Origin: a virus
Lineage: Duplodnaviria > Caudoviricetes
Strand: one strand, 5' to 3'
DNA: 57,841 nucleotides
IMG/VR virus record: IMGVR_UViG_3300030329_003145
Location: 1 to 57,841 of that record
The notes beneath the pieces were generated by a model. The model had not been told where the DNA came from. It saw only the letters and a program-made list of their open reading frames with translations, and made no database searches. This document shows, piece after piece, positions 43,735 through 52,538 of this stretch. The first letter of the stretch is position 1. Each line of letters starts with the position of its first letter. Position numbers and translations under genes: made by a program.

Positions 43735-45099
43735 CTACGCAGCAGGGGTGCTGCTGGTGCGCTTGAAGAGGATGACGTAACCGAGGTCAGTCTTGATCGG
43801 CTTGGAAGCGGAAGCAAGAACACCACGGAAGAACCCGAGAGTCCCATCTGGATTTGCGTGTTCGTGCAAAATATTTTTCCATTTCCACTCTCCCTTATAT
43901 GAGACGGGATCGAACTTGATTGCACCAGCGCCAGACAGAGGAGCAGGAATCTGGGACTCCATAACCTCGGGGTGGATGATGTAAGCAGCTTCGTAGTCAG
44001 CCGTGTCGTAAGACCCGTTCATGGTCACCACGCCCGCGCTCGAAATCGAGTAAGGCGAGACGGCAGTGGCAAGGCCCGTATCCGCAACAGTGAAGCGGGG
44101 GGCCATGTCGTCAACCAAGTGGTAGAATCCACGGAACGACTTCTCGACACCAAGAGGTGCGATCAGGTCGCTGACCTTCGCATTGTTATAGCGAACGTCG
44201 TCGCGGAATCCTGCCTCAGTCTGAAGCTGGTAAGAAGCCTCGGAAGAGAGAACAAGTCCGAAGACCGGACGACCATTCTCGCGGCCATAGGCATTAGACC
44301 CGCCGCCCTTGCGGACCAGGCTGTAGTAAACCTTGTCCATAATGGCGTTGGAGATGTTAGCCAATGACTCACTGACGTTGGTAGTCTCGGAGGCGTTCGT
44401 GGTGTTCTCGATATTAACAGCACTCGCAGCAGTCCCGTGAGCGAGCATGAGCCCCTCAAAGTTCTCGTCTGCGGTAGTGCTGCCGTCACCGGAATCAATA
44501 GTAGAACTCTTGATCGTGGTTCCAGTGGTCTCGCAAAGAACGAGGTTGGCAGCAAGACGCTCAAACTCGTCGCGGTAACGCTGCTCCCAAGTGAAACGGG
44601 TAGCCTCGGTCATGGTGTCCATGACGGCGCGGAGTTGATCCTGACGATGGGTGGCAAACCGAAGGTCTTCCAGCGAGATGCGGGGAGATTCGATGATGGC
44701 CCTACTCAGGCTGTATTCCTTGAGTTCCTTGGTGATGGTAAGGAAAGAGCGGTTGCTCCCGCCGACGCCAGCAGTTTCAGTCAGCGTGTCCTTCAAGGAG
44801 TCGCCGCCTTCAGTAACAGTGTTGAAGGCGTTAGCCGAGCCTTGCTGAGTTCCAACAGCGGCCCAGTTAGTGCCTGCGGCCCCACCGTCAGAGACAGTCG
44901 GGATAGCGCGGTCGTAAACCAGAGTCGCGAGTTGGTAACCAAGCCCGTCAGGGAAGGTTGTTTGTTTAACAAGATTGATCCAGGGAGAAGTGTGGAGAAC
45001 ACGCTTGTGGATGTCGTTTCCAATGCGGTTCGCCTCTTCGGCCAAGATCGTATTGATGGCAGCGGTTCCATCCGTGCCAAGAGTAAAGTCAGAAGCCAT
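43735..45099 (-). CDS. major capsid protein
   Basis: 454 aa in portal-scaffold-capsid order; strongest-looking promoter in the window; biased codon usage. Confidence 0.8.
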   Translation of the reverse strand: MASDFTLGTDGTAAINTILAEEANRIGNDIHKRVLHTSPWINLVKQTTFPDGLGYQLATLVYDRAIPTVSDGGAAGTNWAAVGTQQGSANAFNTVTEGGDSLKDTLTETAGVGGSNRSFLTITKELKEYSLSRAIIESPRISLEDLRFATHRQDQLRAVMDTMTEATRFTWEQRYRDEFERLAANLVLCETTGTTIKSSTIDSGDGSTTADENFEGLMLAHGTAASAVNIENTTNASETTNVSESLANISNAIMDKVYYSLVRKGGGSNAYGRENGRPVFGLVLSSEASYQLQTEAGFRDDVRYNNAKVSDLIAPLGVEKSFRGFYHLVDDMAPRFTVADTGLATAVSPYSISSAGVVTMNGSYDTADYEAAYIIHPEVMESQIPAPLSGAGAIKFDPVSYKGEWKWKNILHEHANPDGTLGFFRGVLASASKPIKTDLGYVILFKRTSSTPAA

Positions 45100-45157
45100 G
45101 ATAAAAAGAAAGGTTGTGCCTCCGCTACGAGCGGGGCGATTAAAGGAGGGTTCGGGT

Positions 45158-45274
45158 GACTGTCCCTTCTGTAGAACTAATTATGTGGCTAGAGCAACCA
45201 GGCAGTCTGTAAATGTTTGGAACGCAGCCCAAGGCAACTTGTAGAACTATTTATGGCTAGAGCAACCAGTCGCC
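45158..45274 (-). promoter_or_regulatory. tandem structured motif in the MCP 5' leader
   Basis: Two copies of CUGGUUGCUCUAGCCA(CA)UAAWUAGUUCUACA, each closed by a different stem. Confidence 0.7.
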
Positions 45275-45283
45275 GTATTTGAA

Positions 45284-45314
45284 AGCATTCTATTAAAGAA
45301 TGCTAAATTGTCAA
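45284..45314 (-). promoter_or_regulatory. MCP promoter with overlapping palindrome
   Basis: TTGACA(45314)-N16-TAGAAT(45292); AGCATTCT-N5-AGAATGCT at 45284-45304 covers the -10 element. Confidence 0.7.
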
Positions 45315-45322
45315 CAGGGGAA

Positions 45323-45631
45323 TTACTCGCCTGCGGTCCCCTTCAAAGTGTAGAGATCCTCGGTCAGCTTGCTGACCTGCTTCTGTAGTTCTGAGATATG
45401 AAGATCCTGCCGTGTATCCGAGGGGAGTTCGCCACTGCCCCATTTGCCACTTGGCCATTTTTCCACAAAATCCGAGTTTTTAGCCACATCACGGCCCATC
45501 ATCTGGATTTGAAAGTCGTTATGCTGAACCTGAGAATTGAGGGTGGAGGCCCACCAGACGATCCCAGCCGCTTGAACGGCGAGTCCCGCGTAAAGAGCTA
45601 TCTTGGAATCCGGTTTAGAGTCGGTAGCCAT
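45323..45631 (-). CDS. membrane-anchored coiled-coil protein
   Basis: Start at ATG 45631 (MATDSK); TM segment IALYAGLAVQAAGIVWWA; upstream TTGACC-N17-GAAAAT. Confidence 0.65.
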   Translation of the reverse strand: MATDSKPDSKIALYAGLAVQAAGIVWWASTLNSQVQHNDFQIQMMGRDVAKNSDFVEKWPSGKWGSGELPSDTRQDLHISELQKQVSKLTEDLYTLKGTAGE

Positions 45632-45676
45632 TGCGGGACCATTTTCCCACATGGCCCGTCAAGGGTCAAGGTGGGG

Positions 45677-46885
45677 CTAACTGCTCAAACCCCGCGCAGA
45701 AAAGGCCGCGTCTACCTTTTCCGCAAAGGAAAGGCCGTCGTCAGCCGCTCCAGCAACACTGCCAGAAGAAGGACTAGAACCAGACATCGTCGGTTCCGCA
45801 CTCTCGTATTCCGCCAGCCGGTCAGTCAATGTGGCATTCTCAGCCCGCATCGACATATACTCGCGCACAACCGCAGGGAGCAATTGGGCCGAAACAGAAT
45901 TAAATGAAGAATCTACAGGGTGCATGACCGAAGGGTCCACCGAGGCCGCTTTTTCCTGTATTGCGCCTAGATCAAGCCCTTCAATCCCAGAAAGGAACGG
46001 TAGCTTCTGCTGGACACGCTCGACAACATTCCTGGCCACATTCTGACGCACGGCCAGCCTCTCAGCCGCTTCCTGCTGCTCCCGCTGTTCATCCAACAAG
46101 GCCGCTTCTTTTAAGGCTGCATCCGCGTTTTCTACCAAAGAATTCCGCTTTTCGAGGATCGGGTCGATCTGGTCGATCAATCGGTAAATCTTGGCTCGGT
46201 CCCTGTCCGTGGCGTCTTGAAGAAGATCGCCAAGTTGTGTGTCCTGCTCGTCTTGGTCGGCCAAAGAGATCACTTCGACCAAGGATTCTGTGTCAACAGA
46301 GTATTTTTCCGCAATTTGTTGAGCTTCTTCAACTATTTTGCCCAGGGGCTCGGCAACAGCGGTCTTGTATGCCTCCGTGTTCTCCAGATTATTAAACATC
46401 TGAGTTTGCTCGTAAGCCGCAATTTTTTCTCGGAGCGCCTCTACATCCGCGCTGTCCGCTGCTCCGGTCAATTCCTTGATCTGTTGCTCGTATTCTTGGT
46501 GCTTCTGGCGCAAATTATGAAGCTCCGAAGAGGTCTCTTTCAACTCAGACTTCAACTGCTTGAAACGAGACGCCGCCTTGGGAGTCCAGTCGTCCCCAAT
46601 ATTCTCAGTCAATGGGTCCGTAGGGTCAAAGGGGTCTTCCTCAACCGCGACCGGTTCGGGCGCAGACTCCGGTTCAGGCGCAGACTCCGCTTCAGGCGCA
46701 GACTCCGGTTCAGGCGCAGGGGCTTCGCCAGACTCCAAATTAGCAAACGCCTGGTCAATCGCGCTAGCAAATGAATCCGCCGTCTCAGGGGCAGCGTCAG
46801 GAATTTCCGAGGTTGCCTCGGCTACAGGGTCTGCGGCGGGAGCTTCAGCTTCAGCCGGTGCTTCACTCGATGTGGGTCCACTCAT
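45677..46885 (-). CDS. capsid scaffolding protein
   Basis: Acidic coiled coil with a Pro/Ala/Glu-rich N-terminus (18-nt APEPES repeats), upstream of MCP. Confidence 0.7.
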   Translation of the reverse strand: MSGPTSSEAPAEAEAPAADPVAEATSEIPDAAPETADSFASAIDQAFANLESGEAPAPEPESAPEAESAPEPESAPEPVAVEEDPFDPTDPLTENIGDDWTPKAASRFKQLKSELKETSSELHNLRQKHQEYEQQIKELTGAADSADVEALREKIAAYEQTQMFNNLENTEAYKTAVAEPLGKIVEEAQQIAEKYSVDTESLVEVISLADQDEQDTQLGDLLQDATDRDRAKIYRLIDQIDPILEKRNSLVENADAALKEAALLDEQREQQEAAERLAVRQNVARNVVERVQQKLPFLSGIEGLDLGAIQEKAASVDPSVMHPVDSSFNSVSAQLLPAVVREYMSMRAENATLTDRLAEYESAEPTMSGSSPSSGSVAGAADDGLSFAEKVDAAFSARGLSS

Positions 46886-47162
46886 CTACAGTAATATTAG
46901 GTTGTTTCTCTGAAGGGATCTTCGTCAGTTTATGCAAATCATTGATAGCATCACGGTAGCCTGCATACCAAGCATGGCGCATCCCATTGCTTTCAGTATT
47001 CTGCAAAGTATTAAACGACGGTCCAGCTAATTCTTTAAGCGTAGCCGCCGCCTTCTGAAAAGCCCCCGATTCCAATATCTCCTTCAACTCCTCAACAGAA
47101 GCACGGTCTTGATACCACCGGTCCAGAGGAACAGGGGGAGTAATAGGTTTTTGTTTAGGCAT
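46863..47162 (-). CDS. small head-module protein
   Basis: 99 aa between portal and scaffold; AWYAGYRDAINDL helix. Confidence 0.65.
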   Translation of the reverse strand: MPKQKPITPPVPLDRWYQDRASVEELKEILESGAFQKAAATLKELAGPSFNTLQNTESNGMRHAWYAGYRDAINDLHKLTKIPSEKQPNITVDEWTHIE

Positions 47163-48040
47163 TATTTATGTAGTTCTCGGAATAATTGGGTGAAGGCTTC
47201 GGCAACCATCGATGGGACACATCCGTTACCTAAGAGTCGGAGCCGGTCGGTTCGATTAGCCAAGGCGCACATAGCTGAGTCCACCCCACCCACGGTAGCC
47301 CCATCAACTGCTCCACCCAAGACGGATTCAGTTTCGCTGACGACTCTAGGCTCTTCCCACTCGCGCTGTGGTTCTCCAGGCAAACTTGGCCAACATACTT
47401 GTGGACTTCCCGACCCAAGAGACAGTTCGACGGGACATTCCGGCAACTGTCCGCTGTCCCGTCCTTCCAGTCGCGACTCGTTGGCGTGGGCCAGGATAAA
47501 GACGCGCTTTCTCTGGTGGGGTGCGCCGACTTCGCTCGCTGTAAACAGCCCGAACGCACAAGTATAATCTTCTCGTTCCAACTCTCTAAGGACATGGAGC
47601 AATACCGGCGTTCCCGCTGGGTCTGCCCAGTTGTCGGATTTGAGGAAACTTGTGATGATCCCCTCGACGTTTTCGAGGAAAACGTACCTTGGCCGAATAA
47701 CTCTAATTGCATTTTTTATGTAGGGGAACAAGTTTCGGGGGTCGTCGTCGGCCTCGCGACCCCCGGCAACAGAGAATGGGGTGCAGGGAAACCCTCCACT
47801 GATAATCTCAAGGTTGATCGGAAATGATCCCAATGGCAGGGTCTTAATGTCCGTCCACAAAGGTGCCGCATCCAAACCTCCCGCTTCCATCTGGCCAACC
47901 AAAGTCGCGACGGCGAAGGCTTCGATCTCCACATAAGCGACTGTTCGGCAATTCGGGAGAACTCTTCGGAGTCCGAGGTCAATTCCTCCGTATCCTGAAC
48001 AGAGCGATAAGTGTCTAATAACTGGCGGGGTAGAATCCAC
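47162..48040 (-). CDS. DNA (cytosine-5) methyltransferase
   Basis: Motif I LSLCSGYGG, IV GGFPC, VI FLENV, VIII PHQRKRVF, X RLRLLGNG. Confidence 0.9.
   Translation of the reverse strand: MDSTPPVIRHLSLCSGYGGIDLGLRRVLPNCRTVAYVEIEAFAVATLVGQMEAGGLDAAPLWTDIKTLPLGSFPINLEIISGGFPCTPFSVAGGREADDDPRNLFPYIKNAIRVIRPRYVFLENVEGIITSFLKSDNWADPAGTPVLLHVLRELEREDYTCAFGLFTASEVGAPHQRKRVFILAHANESRLEGRDSGQLPECPVELSLGSGSPQVCWPSLPGEPQREWEEPRVVSETESVLGGAVDGATVGGVDSAMCALANRTDRLRLLGNGCVPSMVAEAFTQLFRELHK
47230..47712 (-). CDS. possible overprinted alternative-frame ORF within the methyltransferase gene
   Basis: WPTPTSRDWKD and LNPSWVEQLMGLP.GWT motifs; same frame as the 47716-48042 ORF, separated by one TAA. Confidence 0.4.
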   Translation of the reverse strand: MQLELFGQGTFSSKTSRGSSQVSSNPTTGQTQRERRYCSMSLESWNEKIILVRSGCLQRAKSAHPTRESASLSWPTPTSRDWKDGTADSCRNVPSNCLLGREVHKYVGQVCLENHSASGKSLESSAKLNPSWVEQLMGLPWVGWTQLCAPWLIEPTGSDS

Positions 48041-48094
48041 ACGGCAGGACGCTAAAGTAGATTATTCTTTTCTTCAAGGAATTTAAGATAAAAA

Positions 48095-48334
48095 ATGCGC
48101 CCCATGAGTGCTGTGATCGATGTCGGAGACTACTGGCCGCAGATTAAAAAAATAGCGTTGCAAGAAGTCGCCAGGAGAAATCTAGAGGAAGTCCAATCCA
48201 GACTAAGCCAGATGCCCCGAGACAAGGAATACGAAGAACTATATAGCCTCCTTCAGGAAACCATCGGCATCATTCCACTTCTCGGGAAGCACGTTCCTCC
48301 AATAACATTGCCTTCGCCAAAATCGCGTAGTTGA
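48095..48334 (+). CDS. hypothetical protein
   Basis: 79-aa ORF filling the gap; tail-to-tail overlap with the DUF1599-like gene. Confidence 0.45.
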   Translation: MRPMSAVIDVGDYWPQIKKIALQEVARRNLEEVQSRLSQMPRDKEYEELYSLLQETIGIIPLLGKHVPPITLPSPKSRS

Positions 48335-48602
48335 TTATGTCGTGGCAGGCGTCTTCAACACTCTCATCGGGGACTTGAAGCTCATCGTCGTTAACAAAGG
48401 AGCGTATGCGCTGGATTTTGTCGAGAACGCGCATCAACAACCCGTGGACCGGATGAATGCCAATCACCGTGCTGCTTTTAAAATTAGCAAACGGGTCGGT
48501 CGCGTCCTTGCCCCCAGTGTAGTCGGAGTTTTTCGTCCGCATGATGTCCTTGCAAAGTTTGCAGGTCTCATCGTGCAGGGTAAGTAGTTCTTTAGAATTC
48601 AC
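48270..48602 (-). CDS. nucleotide-modification-associated domain protein (DUF1599-like)
   Basis: KNSDY...DPFANF...RVLDKIQRI...ESVEDACHDIINYAIL signature. Confidence 0.75.
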   Translation of the reverse strand: MNSKELLTLHDETCKLCKDIMRTKNSDYTGGKDATDPFANFKSSTVIGIHPVHGLLMRVLDKIQRIRSFVNDDELQVPDESVEDACHDIINYAILAKAMLLEERASREVE

Positions 48603-50811
48603 TGTCTTCGCGGAACTCTAGCGCAGCCTTGGCGTCTCGTATAGCCATTTCCTGATCATGTTTCTTCTGCTTTAACGCCATGTCCAACTCGGCCTTCTCT
48701 TGGGCAATCTGCATCTTAACCTGATGGTCAGCCATACGCGCATCAACCTGCCCCTGCTCCGGTTCGCCACCGCCCTGCTCTTCCGCCATCTGAGCTTGAT
48801 CGCGTTGTAGCTTCTGGGCAGCTTTCATTGTGTTGTTGATCGCTTCTTCAGCGAATTGGAGAACCTGCTTCGTCTGCCCAACCAGACTTTCGAGCGCGGG
48901 GTCGCCCGCCGCCAATTGCACCGTCTGGCTGATGTGCTCGTAGAATGCCTGCAAGATGGGCAACGCTTGCATCGGGTCTGCTTCTCCGACATTTAGTTGT
49001 TCGATTAGCTGGTTAAGTGCGGGGACATGGACTTCCAAGTGAGTCCCGTGAAGTTCATTGCCCACAACGGGAACCGGCTGTCCCGCCATAAGTTGCTGGT
49101 TCTCGAAGTAGGCAATTTTAAGATCAACAGTCGGACGCTTCTCAACTTCCGCAGGAACATACCGGTCAGCCAGGTCATGGCCCACTCGGGTCGATACAAT
49201 GTCGCGGGTCAGGTTGCGGCGACCAACGTCGTCAAACTGACCACTGATTCCCTGCAACTCGCGCAACGCAACCATCCGGTTCGCATGGCTCCCGTTCCCT
49301 ATGGAACGAACAGCCTTCGTGCGGTCAACATCCAACGTCTTGATAAAATCCTTCGGGATACCACGGGCCTCGCAACGATCATAGAAATCCTTGATCGCGG
49401 TGTCGGGCTTCTTCGTAGTAACAACCCGCCGCACGACCTCACGCAACAGTCGGTTCCAGCTAGCATAGAACAAATTCAGGCTGGCCCCAGACAGACGGGT
49501 CGATACGTCCATGTCTGCCACGACCTGCATCTGATTCCGGTATGGTGAGCCCTGTTGCGGCCCATACGTGCTCACCGTGTCCGTGTTCAACTGCAACTGC
49601 TGCGTGAGATCTTGCAAGGCCGGTTGAACAGCAGTGCCAAGATTCGGGATAGCCTTCTCAACAATCTTCACGTTAGGCGACATAACCGCGTATGCGCCGT
49701 AATACGTGAACTGTAATTCGTCCAATGACCGCTGGTTCTCAGGCTGGATCATCACCGCCGAGGCCAACATCGCCCCGTCGATCTGCTGACACCGCAACCG
49801 GTTGCTCGTCTGGACATGAGAAAAGATGCGCTGACCAAGGCCACGGATGGAATGATATGTCCCATTACTGCCAACACCGTAAGTAAACATCACGTATGCC
49901 TGCTCGGCCTTGGCGTAGCGGGATACCTTCTTGTAAAGGAAATCCTTCGGGGTGTCCTCCGCGCAGATATAATGACTCACACTACCATCCATCTCCTTGA
50001 CCCAGAAATGAAGGACCGACACAGAAGGGTTCTGGACCCCCATGTGTAAGTCGTTGTTCTTCATCTCTGCCTGGATCGTCTCGTAGTTGTCATACTCAGT
50101 GCGCTGGTTCGTGCGGACGTTCTTCTTAATCACACGCTTCACCTCCTCAACATTCCAGCCCACCTTCTTGGCAGCCGCAGGATTCTTGATGTAGCCATGC
50201 AATTCATGCAGCAGGTAGTTCCGGCGACCAATAGCAACGTCAATCGCTTCCTCGCTGGAGGGTGTCTGTCGAGGAATCAGGATGTCGGTGAAACCGCCAA
50301 CCCGAAAACGCCAGTCGTCAGGCGAATCAAAATAAGCCACTGCCACGCCGTGCTTAATGAAGGTCGTGCAAAGACGAAGGTAGGCGCTATGAAACTCAGG
50401 CCACCCACGCATCAGGTGCGTCAGTTCTTCCGCAACGATTTCTTCCGCCGGTTGTACTTCGCTCGCTTGGCCCTGAGTTCCCTTAACTTCAACAAGTCTT
50501 TCCAGTGAAGAATAAAGGTCAACGTAAGCACTAAGACTAATATCCAAAAGTCGTTGGGCATCTCCAAAATTCAGGTTGGTTTTGAGCCCCTGCCCGCTAA
50601 TAGCCAGATTTGAAGCGTTATACGGAGCGGCTCCGTCGAACATCGCATCAATCCTGGCGCGGTTAACCGCAGACTTCTCATCGGCCCCGCGAAGAGTGGC
50701 AAAAATTGCCAACGCACTCTTCACATCCTTTAGCCGCGTCTCCACAGGCTTCCCTTTGTCGTCAAGGGAGCCCAAATCCAAATTGTCAATATCAAGCGGG
50801 CGGTCGCTCAT
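48592..50811 (-). CDS. portal protein
   Basis: About 740 aa heading the head module, with a Gln-rich C-terminal coiled coil; start moved to ATG 50811, 7 nt after TTGACT-N17-TATCAA. Confidence 0.75.
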   Translation of the reverse strand: MSDRPLDIDNLDLGSLDDKGKPVETRLKDVKSALAIFATLRGADEKSAVNRARIDAMFDGAAPYNASNLAISGQGLKTNLNFGDAQRLLDISLSAYVDLYSSLERLVEVKGTQGQASEVQPAEEIVAEELTHLMRGWPEFHSAYLRLCTTFIKHGVAVAYFDSPDDWRFRVGGFTDILIPRQTPSSEEAIDVAIGRRNYLLHELHGYIKNPAAAKKVGWNVEEVKRVIKKNVRTNQRTEYDNYETIQAEMKNNDLHMGVQNPSVSVLHFWVKEMDGSVSHYICAEDTPKDFLYKKVSRYAKAEQAYVMFTYGVGSNGTYHSIRGLGQRIFSHVQTSNRLRCQQIDGAMLASAVMIQPENQRSLDELQFTYYGAYAVMSPNVKIVEKAIPNLGTAVQPALQDLTQQLQLNTDTVSTYGPQQGSPYRNQMQVVADMDVSTRLSGASLNLFYASWNRLLREVVRRVVTTKKPDTAIKDFYDRCEARGIPKDFIKTLDVDRTKAVRSIGNGSHANRMVALRELQGISGQFDDVGRRNLTRDIVSTRVGHDLADRYVPAEVEKRPTVDLKIAYFENQQLMAGQPVPVVGNELHGTHLEVHVPALNQLIEQLNVGEADPMQALPILQAFYEHISQTVQLAAGDPALESLVGQTKQVLQFAEEAINNTMKAAQKLQRDQAQMAEEQGGGEPEQGQVDARMADHQVKMQIAQEKAELDMALKQKKHDQEMAIRDAKAALEFREDSEF

Positions 50812-50899
50812 TGTCAAGTTGATACCTTTTTGAAGGGAATTAGTCAATTATGTATATTTATCTGGACACACAACAACGCCCCCATTACAAGGGACGCCT

Positions 50900-51109
50900 A
50901 TGAAATGGAACCTCATCGCAGTAAGTGTATCCTGCATCCTGTTCGGTGTGTCGTGCTCCACGGCTGATCTGGGAGGTCAAGTACCCCTCCCATTCACATC
51001 ACCGTCTACTTCAGCCAAACTAGACCTCGAACTTCGGCCCATGCCGCCAAAGTTCTGCATAGGCTTAGATTTGGTGCCCACCGAAGAGGAACCCACTACC
51101 GAGAAGTAA
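50900..51109 (+). CDS. small lipoprotein
   Basis: MKWNLIAVSVSCILFGVSC lipoprotein-type signal; promoter TGGACA-N17-TACAAG 8 nt upstream. Confidence 0.65.
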   Translation: MKWNLIAVSVSCILFGVSCSTADLGGQVPLPFTSPSTSAKLDLELRPMPPKFCIGLDLVPTEEEPTTEK

Positions 51110-51114
51110 TTCTC

Positions 51115-51174
51115 ATGGCTTACGGTAAACCAAAGCCAACAAAACCTACCAAGCCTAAACCAAAAGGCAGGTAA
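51115..51174 (+). CDS. 19-aa Lys/Pro-rich peptide
   Basis: MAYGKPKPTKPTKPKPKGR; repeated amino acids use varied synonymous codons. Confidence 0.5.
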   Translation: MAYGKPKPTKPTKPKPKGR

Positions 51175-51179
51175 TCCTT

Positions 51180-51256
51180 AACCCGCTCCAGGACGTAGCC
51201 CGTAGCCCAATTAAGGGCCTAGCAAGGACGGTAGCAAATCTTGGAGCGGGTTTTTT
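51180..51256 (+). terminator. terminator-like multi-stem hairpin
   Basis: AACCCGCTCCAGGA/TCTTGGAGCGGGTT stem followed by a T run; inner CCGT/ACGG and GCCC/GGGC stems. Confidence 0.65.
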
Positions 51257-51295
51257 GTGTCGATTAAGCCGACATATACACAATACGTGTCGATT

Positions 51296-51760
51296 CTACC
51301 CCCAAACATCGACACGTAGCTTGTCCACCCGAACGCGAACCTGCTTGCCCTCGTTGTTCCGAAGCCTAGCCGTATCGTGGCCTTGATGCTCACGTGTATT
51401 TACAACGTGTATACGGCCTGCGTTTGGCCCCCGCTCAAAGGGCTCAATGCAATATATCAGGCCGTAGTGAGTCACCGCATACCGGCTGAACTCAGGGATG
51501 ATCCGCGCACCCTCATTCCCCAACACGAAATCAAGAGTCAGTTCCAGGGGTGCAGGAGTAGCGATTCGATCATGGCGAAACATGAATCGGGTGCCATCGG
51601 TGCGGGTTACGGGGGTCCGTATAGCCCCGCCGACCCACTGCGGAGCCAGCGCACGGCCTGATTTCAGGTTCATAACGAGACCGGTTGACTCGCACAGGGC
51701 GTAGTGGTCCGTCTCGGGAATTAACACGAAACCATCGGGAATTTGCAAATCGCTACTCAA
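51296..51760 (-). CDS. tandem NUMOD4-like protein without an HNH domain
   Basis: Two IP....Y.....G.(V/I) units (LIPETDHYALCESTGLV and IIPEFSRYAVTHYGLI). Confidence 0.5.
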   Translation of the reverse strand: MSSDLQIPDGFVLIPETDHYALCESTGLVMNLKSGRALAPQWVGGAIRTPVTRTDGTRFMFRHDRIATPAPLELTLDFVLGNEGARIIPEFSRYAVTHYGLIYCIEPFERGPNAGRIHVVNTREHQGHDTARLRNNEGKQVRVRVDKLRVDVWG

Positions 51761-51865
51761 AAAGTATTTCCTATACTATATGCCTTTTATTTCGAAATAC
51801 AAGTCATACTTATATTAGAATACTTTTCATTTTGGGTTTTGCATAAACACGCACCTACCGTAACC

Positions 51866-52138
51866 CTACGCTTGTTCAACGCCTTTGTTTTCCTCGGCTT
51901 CTTTACGCTCCCGCTCCTCCTTGATCTTCTGATACCGCTCGGCCCGTCGCTTGAGTAGCCGCGCACGATTCTTGAGGTAGTAGGCGCGGTTGTATGCCAG
52001 GCGTTTCTCTATTTTTTCTGGGTCAACCGCTTCATCTATCTGCCTCTTCCGGTTGATCCGGTCTTTGTTTTTCTTGTAATATTCGCGCTGATACCTGCAT
52101 CGCGCTTCCTTGTTCCTTGCGTAATAAGTTTCGTCCAT
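51866..52138 (-). CDS. basic helical protein with YY.KN(K/R) repeats
   Basis: Start at ATG 52138, 7 nt after TTGACA-N16-AATAAT. Confidence 0.65.
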   Translation of the reverse strand: MDETYYARNKEARCRYQREYYKKNKDRINRKRQIDEAVDPEKIEKRLAYNRAYYLKNRARLLKRRAERYQKIKEERERKEAEENKGVEQA

Positions 52139-52253
52139 CAGCGCAATTATTGACCGCAGTGGTATTTTGTCAAATTTTTTCTCACGCACCGATATATACA
52201 TACTGAGAAAGAGAGAAAAAGTGGCCACCCTACGGGTGGCGTCTATTTTAATA

Positions 52254-52330
52254 CGCTCCGCGCTCCGCGCTCCGCGCTCCGCGCTCCGCGCCCCGCGCCC
52301 CGCGCCCCGAATCCCGAATCCCGCGCCCCG
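52254..52330 (+). repeat. array of 11 heptamers ending in CCG
   Basis: CGCTCCG x5, CGCCCCG x3, AATCCCG x2, CGCCCCG x1. Confidence 0.9.
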
Positions 52331-52538
52331 CTCCGCTGTTCAAGTGAACACCTAACCCTGCGCCCTGTTCACTTGAACACTGCACCCTTGAACAGGAAAC
52401 CGGATGCAGGATGCGGGGGGCCGGAATCGGGGGGCGGGGCCGGGGTTGCTGTCACCCCGTATTGACAATGTGAATACGAAAGATAGTTCAATTCTTTTCT
52501 CGACTCGAACGGGGGTTTGCCCTTATATTGGGGGCGCT

